DNA of 64,000 bases from Pseudohongiellaceae bacterium (lineage in GTDB: Bacteria; Pseudomonadota; Gammaproteobacteria; Pseudomonadales; Pseudohongiellaceae): assembly GCA_040880325.1 (NCBI GenBank), contig JBBDIR010000034.1, forward strand, positions 3,790-67,789, read 5' to 3'. The notes beneath the pieces were generated by a model that was not told the origin of the DNA, searched no databases, and was given only the letters and a program-made list of their open reading frames with translations. This document shows, in pieces, positions 47,124-56,112 of the stretch (its first letter is position 1; every line of letters starts with the position of its first letter). The position numbers and the translations under genes are program-made.

Positions 47124-47193
47124 CCAGGAACTATCACAATCCCAGGAACTATCACAATTCCAGGAACTATCACAATTCCAGGAACTATCACAA
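47124..47193. repeat. 18-bp tandem repeat CCAGGAACTATCACAATT, 3.9 copies
   Basis: Units lie at 47124, 47142, 47160 and 47178, with one mismatch in unit 1. The array ends 16 nt before the ATG of the next gene. Confidence 0.95.
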
Positions 47194-47209
47194 GAAGAAG
47201 GAAGAAACT

Positions 47210-47701
47210 ATGAAACGCTTCATTTTAACCCTGGTCGCCGCGACCGGCCTTTGCGCTGGCGCAGCAATTGCACAGCCTGAATACGTCGCGATAGAGATGG
47301 AGATCGATGTAGCTGAACCAGCCGCAGAGGTTTGGGCCAAGGTCGGAGGCTACTGCGATATCAGCGACTGGCTCGGTCTTGATTGCGAGATTTCTTCGGG
47401 TGATGGCTCCCTGGGTACCGTCCGTTCTCTGTTAGGTGGGAGGATTCTGGAGATACTAGTGGCTCAGACTGAGTTGTCCTATGGCTATACACAGCCGGCA
47501 CCGGTGGAAGGTTTCTATGATCAATACCACGGTTTTCTCGAAGCTCGCCCGACAGGACCTAACTCCTCCAAGCTACTGTATACCTTGATGTTGGATGTCT
47601 CTAATCTGGAAAATCAGGCTGCCAAGGATGAGAACATCGCCAGAAGGCGCGGTACGTTTGAAGGAGCGCTGGCTGCGATGAAGGAAATCGCAGAACAATA
47701 G
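47210..47701 (+). CDS. SRPBCC-superfamily (polyketide cyclase/START-like) protein with signal peptide
   Basis: 163 aa with an SRPBCC-like pattern (W..V..F.....W......). GAAGGAAG Shine-Dalgarno-like sequence upstream. Confidence 0.5.
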   Translation: MKRFILTLVAATGLCAGAAIAQPEYVAIEMEIDVAEPAAEVWAKVGGYCDISDWLGLDCEISSGDGSLGTVRSLLGGRILEILVAQTELSYGYTQPAPVEGFYDQYHGFLEARPTGPNSSKLLYTLMLDVSNLENQAAKDENIARRRGTFEGALAAMKEIAEQ

Positions 47702-47796
47702 ATAAGAGCTTGCAGTTATTCGAGGTTCCAGAAGTTCAGGGGCCCAGGTAAACAATCGAGGCGGGTGGGCGCCAGCCCAGTCCGCCTCTTTTACTT

Positions 47797-48405
47797 TTAC
47801 AATTCCTTTATTGCTACCTTGCGAAAACGCAACTTGCCGCTTCCCCACTGCAGAGCGATCGGCCCGCTTGCAAGCAGGTCGTCGCGAACATCGACTGTTC
47901 TCTCATTATTGAGCTCTACAACCAAGTGGTCACCGTCCAGTGTAATGACGAATACATTCCATTTGTTCCCTGCCGTGGGCCGCGGCTCATCGATTGCAGC
48001 TATATGAACAATTGCACCGGTTCCGAATGAAGGGTCGGCGCGTTGATCGTACACGTTCGCCTCATAGCAGGTTCGGTCCGTAATCCTGTTTGCATCTTCA
48101 CAACGCATATAGATGCCACTATTGGCATCATCGCTTGCCCAGAATTCTACGCGCAGTGAGAAATCACTATAATTCTTTTTACTAACTAGCCAGGAGGCGC
48201 CACTACCTTCGGTAGCCTGAATCGCGTTGTGCTCGGCAGTCCAATTGGCGTCACCAACTATGTTGAAATTTTCCATGCCCTCGGTGCCGTCTATCAGAGT
48301 TACCCATTCACCCTCGGCTGCAAATGTAGTTGAGAAGATCATGGCTGTAAATGAGCCGAGTAAGAGCGATGTGATGATCCTTGGAAGTTTTATTCTCGAG
48401 TGCAT
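47797..48405 (-). CDS. DUF1080 (3-keto-disaccharide hydrolase-like) domain protein, exported
   Basis: W..LIDG...NF...G.ANW, SDFSLRVEFW...ANSGIYMR and GPIALQ..G.LRFR.V.IKEL. I prefer the Met at 48405, which precedes the signal peptide. Confidence 0.75.
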   Translation of the reverse strand: MHSRIKLPRIITSLLLGSFTAMIFSTTFAAEGEWVTLIDGTEGMENFNIVGDANWTAEHNAIQATEGSGASWLVSKKNYSDFSLRVEFWASDDANSGIYMRCEDANRITDRTCYEANVYDQRADPSFGTGAIVHIAAIDEPRPTAGNKWNVFVITLDGDHLVVELNNERTVDVRDDLLASGPIALQWGSGKLRFRKVAIKEL

Positions 48406-48556
48406 ATTAATCAGTTCCTGAATGAAATAGCGTTTAACATCTGCCTGCCCGAGACGAATGACAGGGCGTTGATTAACCTTATCACTTGAGTGCCCTGCGG
48501 GAAACACTAAAGCTGGGGCAGAAGTGGAAAGCTTATCGCGCCCCAGCCTGTGCATG

Positions 48557-49369
48557 TTAGCTTACGATGAGTTTTCGGTACAGATGCCATGTCGCGTGTC
48601 CCAGAACCGGCAATGTGACCGCGAGCCCGATCAGAAAGACAGCCGCTCCCAGCGCCAATAGCGCGACAACGATGATACCCCAGGCAGTTAACACGAGAGT
48701 ATTCGACATGAACGCGCGGATTGACACGCTAACCGCGGTGAAAGATGTGACTGGTTTGTCCAACGCCAAAGGAAAGGCAACGACAGAGAGCGCGATGGCG
48801 GCGAAAGCAAACAGCAGGCCGACAAAGTTGCCGTAGGCGATTAGCGCTCCGCCGTGGCGGGTATTGAATAGCTGATTCATGAAATCGGACAAAGAAACCG
48901 GCATTGTCGACTCGAACAGGCTAAAGAAGATCAGCTCAGCCATAAACAACCACGCTAGATACAAGACGGTCATCAGTAGTGTCAGGGCGAGAAGCGGCGC
49001 GAAGGCCGACGTATGTATAAAATTAAATGCCGAACGCCAGCGCAGTTCTTTACCCAGTTCTCTGCGTCTACTCATTTCGAGGAACGCTATAGCCACGATT
49101 GGCCCTATCAAGGTTATGCCCGCAAGCATGGGAAAGGCGAGATAACGTAGATCCTGGCCGAAGGCGAAGAGTGTAAACAGCAGAGCGAAGAGAGAGTAGA
49201 ACAGGATCAGTAGTGGTATCGAGCTAGGTTTCGCCCCGTAGTCCGCGTAGCCTGCTTTCAGGCATTGACTAAGGTCTTTCAGCGTAATCTGTCTGACGGC
49301 AAAATGGTCCGATGGCAGACAGATGTCTTCGAATGCCGTTTCTTCATTGCGATGAGTCAATTCAACCAT
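48557..49369 (-). CDS. DUF2189-like integral membrane protein
   Basis: 270 aa. N-terminal cytoplasmic segment ITLKDLSQCLKAGYADYGAKP followed by multiple TM helices. Confidence 0.55.
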   Translation of the reverse strand: MVELTHRNEETAFEDICLPSDHFAVRQITLKDLSQCLKAGYADYGAKPSSIPLLILFYSLFALLFTLFAFGQDLRYLAFPMLAGITLIGPIVAIAFLEMSRRRELGKELRWRSAFNFIHTSAFAPLLALTLLMTVLYLAWLFMAELIFFSLFESTMPVSLSDFMNQLFNTRHGGALIAYGNFVGLLFAFAAIALSVVAFPLALDKPVTSFTAVSVSIRAFMSNTLVLTAWGIIVVALLALGAAVFLIGLAVTLPVLGHATWHLYRKLIVS

Positions 49370-49591
49370 AGTGATACAGTCTCCTTTACCGAGGGCTGCG
49401 CTAGCGTGGAAGAACTGATCCTAAAATCCCCGCTATCGCAGAGTGCATTGAGAAAAAACCTATGCGTGTGGACAGTCTACTCCCGTGATATTCGCGATTA
49501 CAAGTGGCAGGCGCTTCGTTAAAGCCTAAAAACAGCAGTTTTATCGCGTCGAGCAGCTTTCCAGAGACTCATCAGCGGAGCCGTTGTGGGC

Positions 49592-51529
49592 TTATCTGGG
49601 CATCGCCTTGATACACTTTGCCAGGGATTGTTCCACCTCGGCGAGAGCTAGATCTTCATGCGCAGAGAATCTTTGCAGCTTGTAGCAGTCAAGGAATGCC
49701 CTGACGGCGGCACGTCGTTCGGCCGGCCACTGGGCTGGCAGGTTCTGCGCGTAGGTAGCTGCGGTCCAGGAGGTGTTCGTCGGCAGCTGAGCTGAGCTGA
49801 GGAATCGCTGCCAGATCTTTTGCCACCTTTTTATACGAGAATCGAGTTGCTCCCGCCGGCCGCGAATGCGGCGATATTCACGAATAAAAAGGAATAACAA
49901 TATCAAAACGCCGCCGTATCGAACGAGATTCGCAATGATGGCGTCCTCGAGCACGGCATCGATAAATTTCTGCCACTGACCTGCCAGTAGATGGTAGAGC
50001 ACGCTCAGCTGATTCGATTCATATCCTCCGAAGAAGCTGGCTATGCTCGGTGGCGTGGGATCTATAGTGTGCCAGAAACCATCGCTGTCCTGCCATTCGA
50101 CCCAGCTGTGGGCATCTCGTTCTCGCACCAGCCACATTTCATCACTGAGTCTCTCGTGTATGACATAGCCGCCGACAATCCTCGCGGGAATATCGTTCGC
50201 ACGCAGCGCTAACGTGGCACCGGTGGCAAACCAGAAACAATACGCGGCTCTTTCGTTGATGAAGAAATCGTGAAAGGGCTGCTCGGGGTCGAAGCTTGTT
50301 TCCAGTGAATAAGCGCGTGCTATAAAATGATTAAGTACATTGTAGACAGTCTGTTGATTGCTCGGTCCGGCAAGAGCTTTGCTCTTATCTTGTAGCTCTG
50401 AGTCCCAGAAAGTAGGTAGTTGAAGATTTATTTCCTCGAAAGTGTCGGCTATCGAAGCGCCGTCAGTCTCTATCTCCCAGCGCCGATCCGCACCGCGGTC
50501 ATAGACGGGAGACCATACATCGGCCGCGTTCCGAGTGAGAGCTTCGAATCGACCGATCAGATGAGTAGTGTTAGGACTCATGAATACAAAATTACTATTA
50601 TTAAGGATTTGTATATCGATGCGCTCAGCTTCCCCGCTATCGACTGGAAACTGATTATTCTCCATTGGGTAGCGCAGCCGGCCATCCGCCTCAATCTCGG
50701 CGTCAGACAAATTTAGAGCCGACAACGGTCGTTCGATCGGCTGCCATACCAACTCGTCATCCAGCATAACCAATCGATTGCCAGCGAGATATTGGTTAGG
50801 CTGACTCTCGCTGGTAGCCCGCAGCACTGCTCGATTCGACGGTTGCAAGAAAGCCGAGGCGCGCAACTGTTGCCGGGGTGAAAATCCCGTGGGGGTAAAG
50901 CTATTGCCGCTCGGAAACATATCTCCCAGTGCTGCGATAAGTGGGCCCTGTCCTAGGCCCAACAGCAGACCAAGTAGCGGCGCGACGAGAAACAGGGGCA
51001 ATAGGAGCAGCAATCTTGAGACGAGCGTGCCTGAACAACGATCTGCCATCAGGGTAAGAGTGGCAAGCAAGATCGCAACGACAGTCAGCAGGGCGATCGG
51101 GATACCTAAAATCTCGATTATGGTCTGCTCCGGCGGCGATATGAGCAGCATTAAAATCAGGCCCAGCACGAGTATTGTTTGTGTATTACGATTCAATGCT
51201 TGATGAGTGTTGGGTTTATCGTCGGAGGCAAAAAGCCACAGCTGATAGGCCAGCAGGCTGAGTATTAATCCTGCTCCGAGACCATTGTTCTGCGCCCAGG
51301 ACCCTTCAATAGCCCAGTCTTCCAAAATCTGGCTACCGAGAAACGCGCCGGTCGCCAGAAGAACGAAAGATAACCCCCAGGTTGGTCTTTCGACGCGCAC
51401 TAGTTTTAGAGAGCCCAGAGCACTGAGCAGCGCTCCAAACCAAATTACAATTGTTAGCTCCATGGACAGGCCAATATGCAGTGACTGCAGGGCAAGGAAT
51501 ATAGCTAACAATATCTGTCCGAGAGGCAT
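49592..51529 (-). CDS. transglutaminase-domain membrane protein (TgpA-like)
   Basis: N-terminal polytopic region, then the transglutaminase core AAYCFWFATGATLALRANDIPARIVGGY ... DAHSWVEW. Confidence 0.85.
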   Translation of the reverse strand: MPLGQILLAIFLALQSLHIGLSMELTIVIWFGALLSALGSLKLVRVERPTWGLSFVLLATGAFLGSQILEDWAIEGSWAQNNGLGAGLILSLLAYQLWLFASDDKPNTHQALNRNTQTILVLGLILMLLISPPEQTIIEILGIPIALLTVVAILLATLTLMADRCSGTLVSRLLLLLPLFLVAPLLGLLLGLGQGPLIAALGDMFPSGNSFTPTGFSPRQQLRASAFLQPSNRAVLRATSESQPNQYLAGNRLVMLDDELVWQPIERPLSALNLSDAEIEADGRLRYPMENNQFPVDSGEAERIDIQILNNSNFVFMSPNTTHLIGRFEALTRNAADVWSPVYDRGADRRWEIETDGASIADTFEEINLQLPTFWDSELQDKSKALAGPSNQQTVYNVLNHFIARAYSLETSFDPEQPFHDFFINERAAYCFWFATGATLALRANDIPARIVGGYVIHERLSDEMWLVRERDAHSWVEWQDSDGFWHTIDPTPPSIASFFGGYESNQLSVLYHLLAGQWQKFIDAVLEDAIIANLVRYGGVLILLFLFIREYRRIRGRREQLDSRIKRWQKIWQRFLSSAQLPTNTSWTAATYAQNLPAQWPAERRAAVRAFLDCYKLQRFSAHEDLALAEVEQSLAKCIKAMPR

Positions 51530-52929
51530 CAGCTAGTTCTCTGCTTCGATGTTTGCTTGAACATGGTTTTAAAGCGATCTGCTATTGCCAAGTTTGTGTT
51601 GGACAATAGATGAGTTTGCACTTCGACAAACTGATTGCCCTCTGGCAGTGTGCCGATATCTTCGGCAGACTCTGCAATGAGAAAGACCAGAATCAGGATG
51701 CCGGCGTGTTGCAGCCGGTCGAGGAGAGCTTCGGCCTCGGCTGTCCAGCGTCCAAGGACAAGCACGTGTATGCCTTGCTCCAGCAAGACCGAATCGGGAA
51801 GTGTCTTGATGTCTTCCGAATAGCCGCGTTGTGGTTTGCAGGTCGCGATTAGCTTGTGGAATTGTTGCAGGCCATCCAGATTGTGCCAGTTAGTTCCCAT
51901 CGCCAAAGCCGCTAGGCTGAAGCCTTCGTTCTGTGCTGATAGACCGATCTCCACCGCCAGGGCAAGGCGTTCATCCAGAGGGGCTTCATCCGTCGGGCGT
52001 CGCTGCCATGCCTTGAAGCCGGCAAGGCTCAGGTCCACCATCAGATAGACTTTGTCGCGACGAATCTGCTCCACCCCCTCGAATACCTTGCTCATCGGTT
52101 CGCCATATCGGCTGCTGGCACGATGATCCAGCCTGCGCATCGAATCGCCAGTCTGATAGGGGCGTGAATAGGCGTAATCCAGCGATGGCCCTTTGCGCGT
52201 ACTCTCGTTGCCGAGGCTAAGACGCTTGCTGGCCTGCTCGGCGATGTTGCGTAACGATGGTATCGAGACCGGAAGAGTCGGAGGCAGCACATACACTTCG
52301 GCGGGCGCCAGCGCCCTTGCTGTAAAACGTGTGAGAAAGAAAGGGTAATAGGACTGTACGGCGATCCCGGACAAGTTCAGTACGCCGCGTCGCAGTGGTT
52401 CAAAATGTACCGATAGCGTAGTGCTCTGGCCCGCGGGAAGATTCTGCTGGTGTGGTCTAAACCATTCTCCAGGCCAGCGGCCGTAAGGTACCACCATCTC
52501 GCGCAGGGTGAAGTTGTGGAGGCTGAAGCGGCCTTCGTTGGTGACTCTTATCGATGATGTCAGTTGTTGCCCAGCGATCCCTGTGTTCGGTGTGTCACGC
52601 GTTACTATTATTTTGGGTCGACAGATGAAGCCGAGCACACTACTCCATAACAATAAACCTATGCCGAAAGAGCTGGTAAAGATAAGGAAGCCGCTACTGG
52701 CTCTGTAGCTTAACAGGAAGATGAGCAGGGAGCAGATGAGGATAATCTTGCCAGTACGAGTTAGGCCATCGTAATAGAGTCTGCGGAAAATTCTTAACAG
52801 AAATCGCGCTCGGTGTTCGTACCAACGAGGTACCAGTCGCAGATTAGAGAACCATCGAATTAAACGCCACCAGTGCATGAGGATAGCCTCGCTGGGTACT
52901 CGAACTGGACGATCCGCTAGTTCACTCAT
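51529..52929 (-). CDS. DUF58-domain protein
   Basis: DYAYSRPYQTGDSMRRLDHRASSRYGEPMSKVFE is the DUF58 signature region. The stop overlaps the start of the transglutaminase gene. Confidence 0.8.
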   Translation of the reverse strand: MSELADRPVRVPSEAILMHWWRLIRWFSNLRLVPRWYEHRARFLLRIFRRLYYDGLTRTGKIILICSLLIFLLSYRASSGFLIFTSSFGIGLLLWSSVLGFICRPKIIVTRDTPNTGIAGQQLTSSIRVTNEGRFSLHNFTLREMVVPYGRWPGEWFRPHQQNLPAGQSTTLSVHFEPLRRGVLNLSGIAVQSYYPFFLTRFTARALAPAEVYVLPPTLPVSIPSLRNIAEQASKRLSLGNESTRKGPSLDYAYSRPYQTGDSMRRLDHRASSRYGEPMSKVFEGVEQIRRDKVYLMVDLSLAGFKAWQRRPTDEAPLDERLALAVEIGLSAQNEGFSLAALAMGTNWHNLDGLQQFHKLIATCKPQRGYSEDIKTLPDSVLLEQGIHVLVLGRWTAEAEALLDRLQHAGILILVFLIAESAEDIGTLPEGNQFVEVQTHLLSNTNLAIADRFKTMFKQTSKQRTS

Positions 52930-52955
52930 GGCTAGATTCCGGGATGGACGTTGCC

Positions 52956-53028
52956 GGGGTCAGAGTAAAAACTGTTTGAAGGTTTTTGAGTTTCCATGAT
53001 TCAGTAGAGCAGTTTTTACTCTGACCCC
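52956..53028. repeat. 19-bp perfect inverted repeat with 35-nt loop between the MoxR and DUF58 genes
   Basis: GGGGTCAGAGTAAAAACTG (52956-52974) and CAGTTTTTACTCTGACCCC (53010-53028). Confidence 0.85.
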
Positions 53029-53054
53029 AAACTATCCTCTGACCCCAAACTATC
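53019..53054. repeat. 18-bp perfect tandem duplication containing the MoxR stop codon
   Basis: CTCTGACCCCAAACTATC occurs twice. The second copy holds the MoxR stop (53050-53052 on the - strand), and the first copy overlaps the right arm of the hairpin. Confidence 0.9.
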
Positions 53055-54015
53055 GAGGAACTGCAATACTCGCGACGATATTCTGCATTAGCTCATGTGC
53101 CTGTGTGCTGTCATTGTCGCGACCGTGACGTGGCAGCAGTCGGTGGTTCCATACCGGAGGAATCAGCTGCTGTATATCTTCGGCGATGACTTGCTGCCTG
53201 CCTTTCACCAGCGCGTAACCCTTGCACGCAGCCGCCAGATGCATCGAACCACGTGGCGAGATGCCCAGCTTGATGCTGGGATCATCGCGGGTAGCTCTGG
53301 CCAGTGTCACGATGTAACGCGCTAAATCCTCATGCAGGTGTACCTCATCGCAGGCGCTGCGCAGTGCGGTTACCGAGTCCTTGCTTAACACCGCCGCGGG
53401 GTCGTGCTGCGCTTGCTCACCATAGGCGCCGAGAAGATGCAGTTCGGCGTCACTGTTTGGATAGCCCAGACTGATCGAGGTGAGAAATCTGTCGAGCTGG
53501 GCCTCGGGCAGAGGGTTGGTGCTGTCAAAATCGATAGGGTTCTGCGTCGCTATCACGGTGAATAGGCTCGATAGCGGTTGGTTTACACCATCGGCCGCTA
53601 CATAGCCCTCTTCCATCGCTTGCAAGAATGCAGATTGGCTCCGAGTCGGCGCGCGGTTAATTTCATCCGCCAAGAGAAAGTCGGTAAATATTGGGCCAGG
53701 GGAGAAAGAGAATTTCGCCTCGGCGGCGTTATAGATGCTGCCGCCGAGTATGTCCGCGGGCAGGATGTCGTTGGTGAACTGAATGCGATTAAAATCCAGG
53801 CCGAGTATTTGCGCGAGCCTCTTGGCCAAAGTTGTTTTACCGACGCCGGGGACATCCACCACTAACACATGCCCCCTGGCTATGACGCTGGCCAGCAGCA
53901 GTTCGATTACAAAGTCTTCCCCCAGCCAATGTCTCGCAAGGGATTGATGCGCCTGTTCCAGCAGGTAAAGCAGCTGGCTCAGTTCGCTCTGCCTGGGTTG
54001 TTCAATCGATTCCAT
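53050..54015 (-). CDS. MoxR-like AAA+ ATPase
   Basis: Walker A GVPGVGKT, Walker B LLADEINRA. 321 aa. Confidence 0.9.
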   Translation of the reverse strand: MESIEQPRQSELSQLLYLLEQAHQSLARHWLGEDFVIELLLASVIARGHVLVVDVPGVGKTTLAKRLAQILGLDFNRIQFTNDILPADILGGSIYNAAEAKFSFSPGPIFTDFLLADEINRAPTRSQSAFLQAMEEGYVAADGVNQPLSSLFTVIATQNPIDFDSTNPLPEAQLDRFLTSISLGYPNSDAELHLLGAYGEQAQHDPAAVLSKDSVTALRSACDEVHLHEDLARYIVTLARATRDDPSIKLGISPRGSMHLAAACKGYALVKGRQQVIAEDIQQLIPPVWNHRLLPRHGRDNDSTQAHELMQNIVASIAVPR

Positions 54016-54136
54016 CGGCGGATATTAGCAGCCGATGGGTCTATTTTCAGCAGAAGTTTGTTAATCTGCGCTAGCTGGAAGCAATTTTGGTTGAAAAGCC
54101 ATCCATCAAGCTAGTAACAATAAGAAGGAATAAACC

Positions 54137-55909
54137 ATGCCAGTCTTCAGATTATTCTCACGTTATTTCACTGCGGGCCCCGCGGCCTTGTCGATAGCGC
54201 TAGTAGTAGGGCTATCCAATGCCGGGGCTCAGCCACAGGCGCTGTTGGATAATTACACACCGGTCACCCTGGAAGAGCTCGCCAATCCACCGGCAACGGA
54301 TTGGTTGATGTGGCGCGGCACCCCGAATCACTGGGCCTACAGCCCCCTGGATCAGATCAACAAAGACAATGTTGATAGGCTGCGCCTGGCGTTCTCCTGG
54401 ACTATGGAACCTGGGAAGCAGGAGACCACGCCGCTGGTTCACGATGGCATCATGTTTCTGCCCCAGGCCTGCGACTTCATCGAAGCGGTGGACGCTACCG
54501 ACGGCACACCGCTTTGGGAATATAGGCGGCCCACCGTAGATCACGTGGCGCCGCTGTCCTGTGCAAATCGCAACGGCACGCTCTATAAGGATCAACTGTT
54601 AATAGCGACGCGAGATGCCTACATCGTCTCGCTGAATGCCCAGACCGGTGCAGTGACATGGGAAAGAAAGATCGGCGACTGGACTGTTGGCCAGCACTAC
54701 TCCGGTGGCCCACAGGTTTTCAATGGCAAGGTCATAACAGGCATGTCCGGCTGCTACTACATCAACACCAGCTGCTGGATCACTGCCCACGATGCGGATA
54801 CCGGCGAAGAGTTGTGGCGCACCAACACCGTACCGAAGATCGGCGAGCCTAACTGGGAGAGCTGGGGTGATGTACCTGATGAACAACGACGCGGCGGCTC
54901 AGCCTGGATGCCGGCGAGCTTCGACCCCGAACTCAACCTCATTTTCATTGGCGTGGCAGTGCCGATTCCGTGGGGCGAGATACAACGAGGCACACGCGGC
55001 GGCGATGTCCTCTATACCAACTCCACGCTGGCGCTGAATGCTGACACTGGAGAGATAGACTGGTACTTCCAGCATATTCCCGCGGGCAATTGGGATCAGG
55101 ATCATCCGTTCGAGCGGCTAATAGTAGAGACAGAAGTCACGCCCGATGCTGACGCCGTTTCCTGGATGAACCCTAACATTGCATCTAGTGAGCGCAGAAA
55201 AGTCATAACAGGCATTCCCGGTAAGCCGGGTATAGTCTGGACATTGGATGCCGCCACCGGAGAGTTCCTGTGGGCCACCGAAACCAATTTTCAGAATGTG
55301 ATAGTCGGCGTAGATGTCGAAGGACGCAAGGGTATAACCAACCCCGAACTCGATATCACCGAGATCGGACAGCAGAAGCTTGTGTGTCCCACCACGCAGG
55401 GTGGCATCAACTGGAACTCGGTAGGCTATAGCCCGCAGACCAATTCATTGTATACACCCACTAACAATACCTGCATGAATTTTGCGTTAAGACCGGTGGA
55501 GCCAACCGTCGGTCTGCATCATTCCTCTGCCAGAACTAGTGTAGAACTTGGACCTGAAGATACCGGGCAGGTGGGTCAGCTCACTTCGATAGACGTAGCA
55601 ACTGGCGCAACACGCTGGACCTACAGGCAACGCGCCGGCATCGGCGGCTCGGTGCTGACTACCGGTGGTGGGCTGGTATTCGTCTCTGACGATGCGAGGC
55701 GCTTCCGTGCCTTCGATGCCGACAATGGCGACATCCTCTGGGAGCAAGTTCTCAATGCAACCGCCGGTGGATTTCCGGTGAGCTACAGTGTCGATGGCGT
55801 GCAGTACATCGCCATAGCCGCAGGTGAGGGTGTGAACTATCGAAGACACACACCGGAGATTCGACAGCGTGCTGGCGGAAATACGCTGTACGTGTTTAGA
55901 CTACCCTAA
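54137..55909 (+). CDS. exported PQQ-dependent dehydrogenase, alcohol/methanol-dehydrogenase-like eight-bladed propeller
   Basis: Signal peptide is present. The N-terminal DWLMWRGTPNHWAYSPLDQIN is typical of quinoprotein ADHs, and W-motif blades are present. 590 aa with no cytochrome c domain. Confidence 0.8.
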   Translation: MPVFRLFSRYFTAGPAALSIALVVGLSNAGAQPQALLDNYTPVTLEELANPPATDWLMWRGTPNHWAYSPLDQINKDNVDRLRLAFSWTMEPGKQETTPLVHDGIMFLPQACDFIEAVDATDGTPLWEYRRPTVDHVAPLSCANRNGTLYKDQLLIATRDAYIVSLNAQTGAVTWERKIGDWTVGQHYSGGPQVFNGKVITGMSGCYYINTSCWITAHDADTGEELWRTNTVPKIGEPNWESWGDVPDEQRRGGSAWMPASFDPELNLIFIGVAVPIPWGEIQRGTRGGDVLYTNSTLALNADTGEIDWYFQHIPAGNWDQDHPFERLIVETEVTPDADAVSWMNPNIASSERRKVITGIPGKPGIVWTLDAATGEFLWATETNFQNVIVGVDVEGRKGITNPELDITEIGQQKLVCPTTQGGINWNSVGYSPQTNSLYTPTNNTCMNFALRPVEPTVGLHHSSARTSVELGPEDTGQVGQLTSIDVATGATRWTYRQRAGIGGSVLTTGGGLVFVSDDARRFRAFDADNGDILWEQVLNATAGGFPVSYSVDGVQYIAIAAGEGVNYRRHTPEIRQRAGGNTLYVFRLP

Positions 55910-55941
55910 CCGTGGAACATCAATAGTGGAACAGGAATAAA

Positions 55942-56017
55942 TGGAGCGGGTGACGAGGGTCGAACTCGCGACAACTAGCTTGGGAAGCTAGTGCTCTACC
56001 AACTGAGCTACACCCGC
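55942..56017 (-). tRNA. tRNA-Gly (anticodon CCC), CCA encoded
   Basis: The reverse complement is GCGGGTGTAGCTCAGTTGGTAGAGCACTAGCTTCCCAAGCTAGTTGTCGCGAGTTCGACCCTCGTCACCCGCTCCA. It folds into a standard cloverleaf with a 7-bp acceptor stem, anticodon loop TTCCCAA and a T-loop TTCGACC. Confidence 0.95.
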
Positions 56018-56112
56018 CCTGATCCACCAGGTGGCGAAGTCTCATTCTGCACCGTTCGGCCCTGAATAGGAATGCAAAAACCGTTACTTGTCGAAGTTTC
56101 TGAGGTGAAAAC

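Noticed and set aside
46988-47191. ORF encoding IVPGIVIVPGIVIVPG, a repetitive peptide
   Set aside because: The peptide repeat is simply the translation of the 18-bp DNA tandem repeat on the opposite strand. There is no start context, and the ORF overlaps the 3' end of the 46430 gene.
47124-47193. Possible CRISPR array
   Set aside because: The repeats are directly abutting with no spacers, the unit is only 18 bp, and there are no cas genes in the window.
54137-55909. Lanthanide-type D-x-D signature (NWDQDH) in the ADH-like PQQ enzyme
   Set aside because: GDH-type Ca/Mg enzymes also carry W-D-x-D at the equivalent blade (compare WNYD in the 25823 gene). Without a real alignment the motif is not diagnostic, so I do not claim lanthanide dependence.
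55910-56112. tRNA-Gly as an integration site of a genomic island
   Set aside because: There is no integrase, no direct repeat of the tRNA 3' end, and no compositional break that I can see on either side. The flanking genes look like ordinary metabolism.
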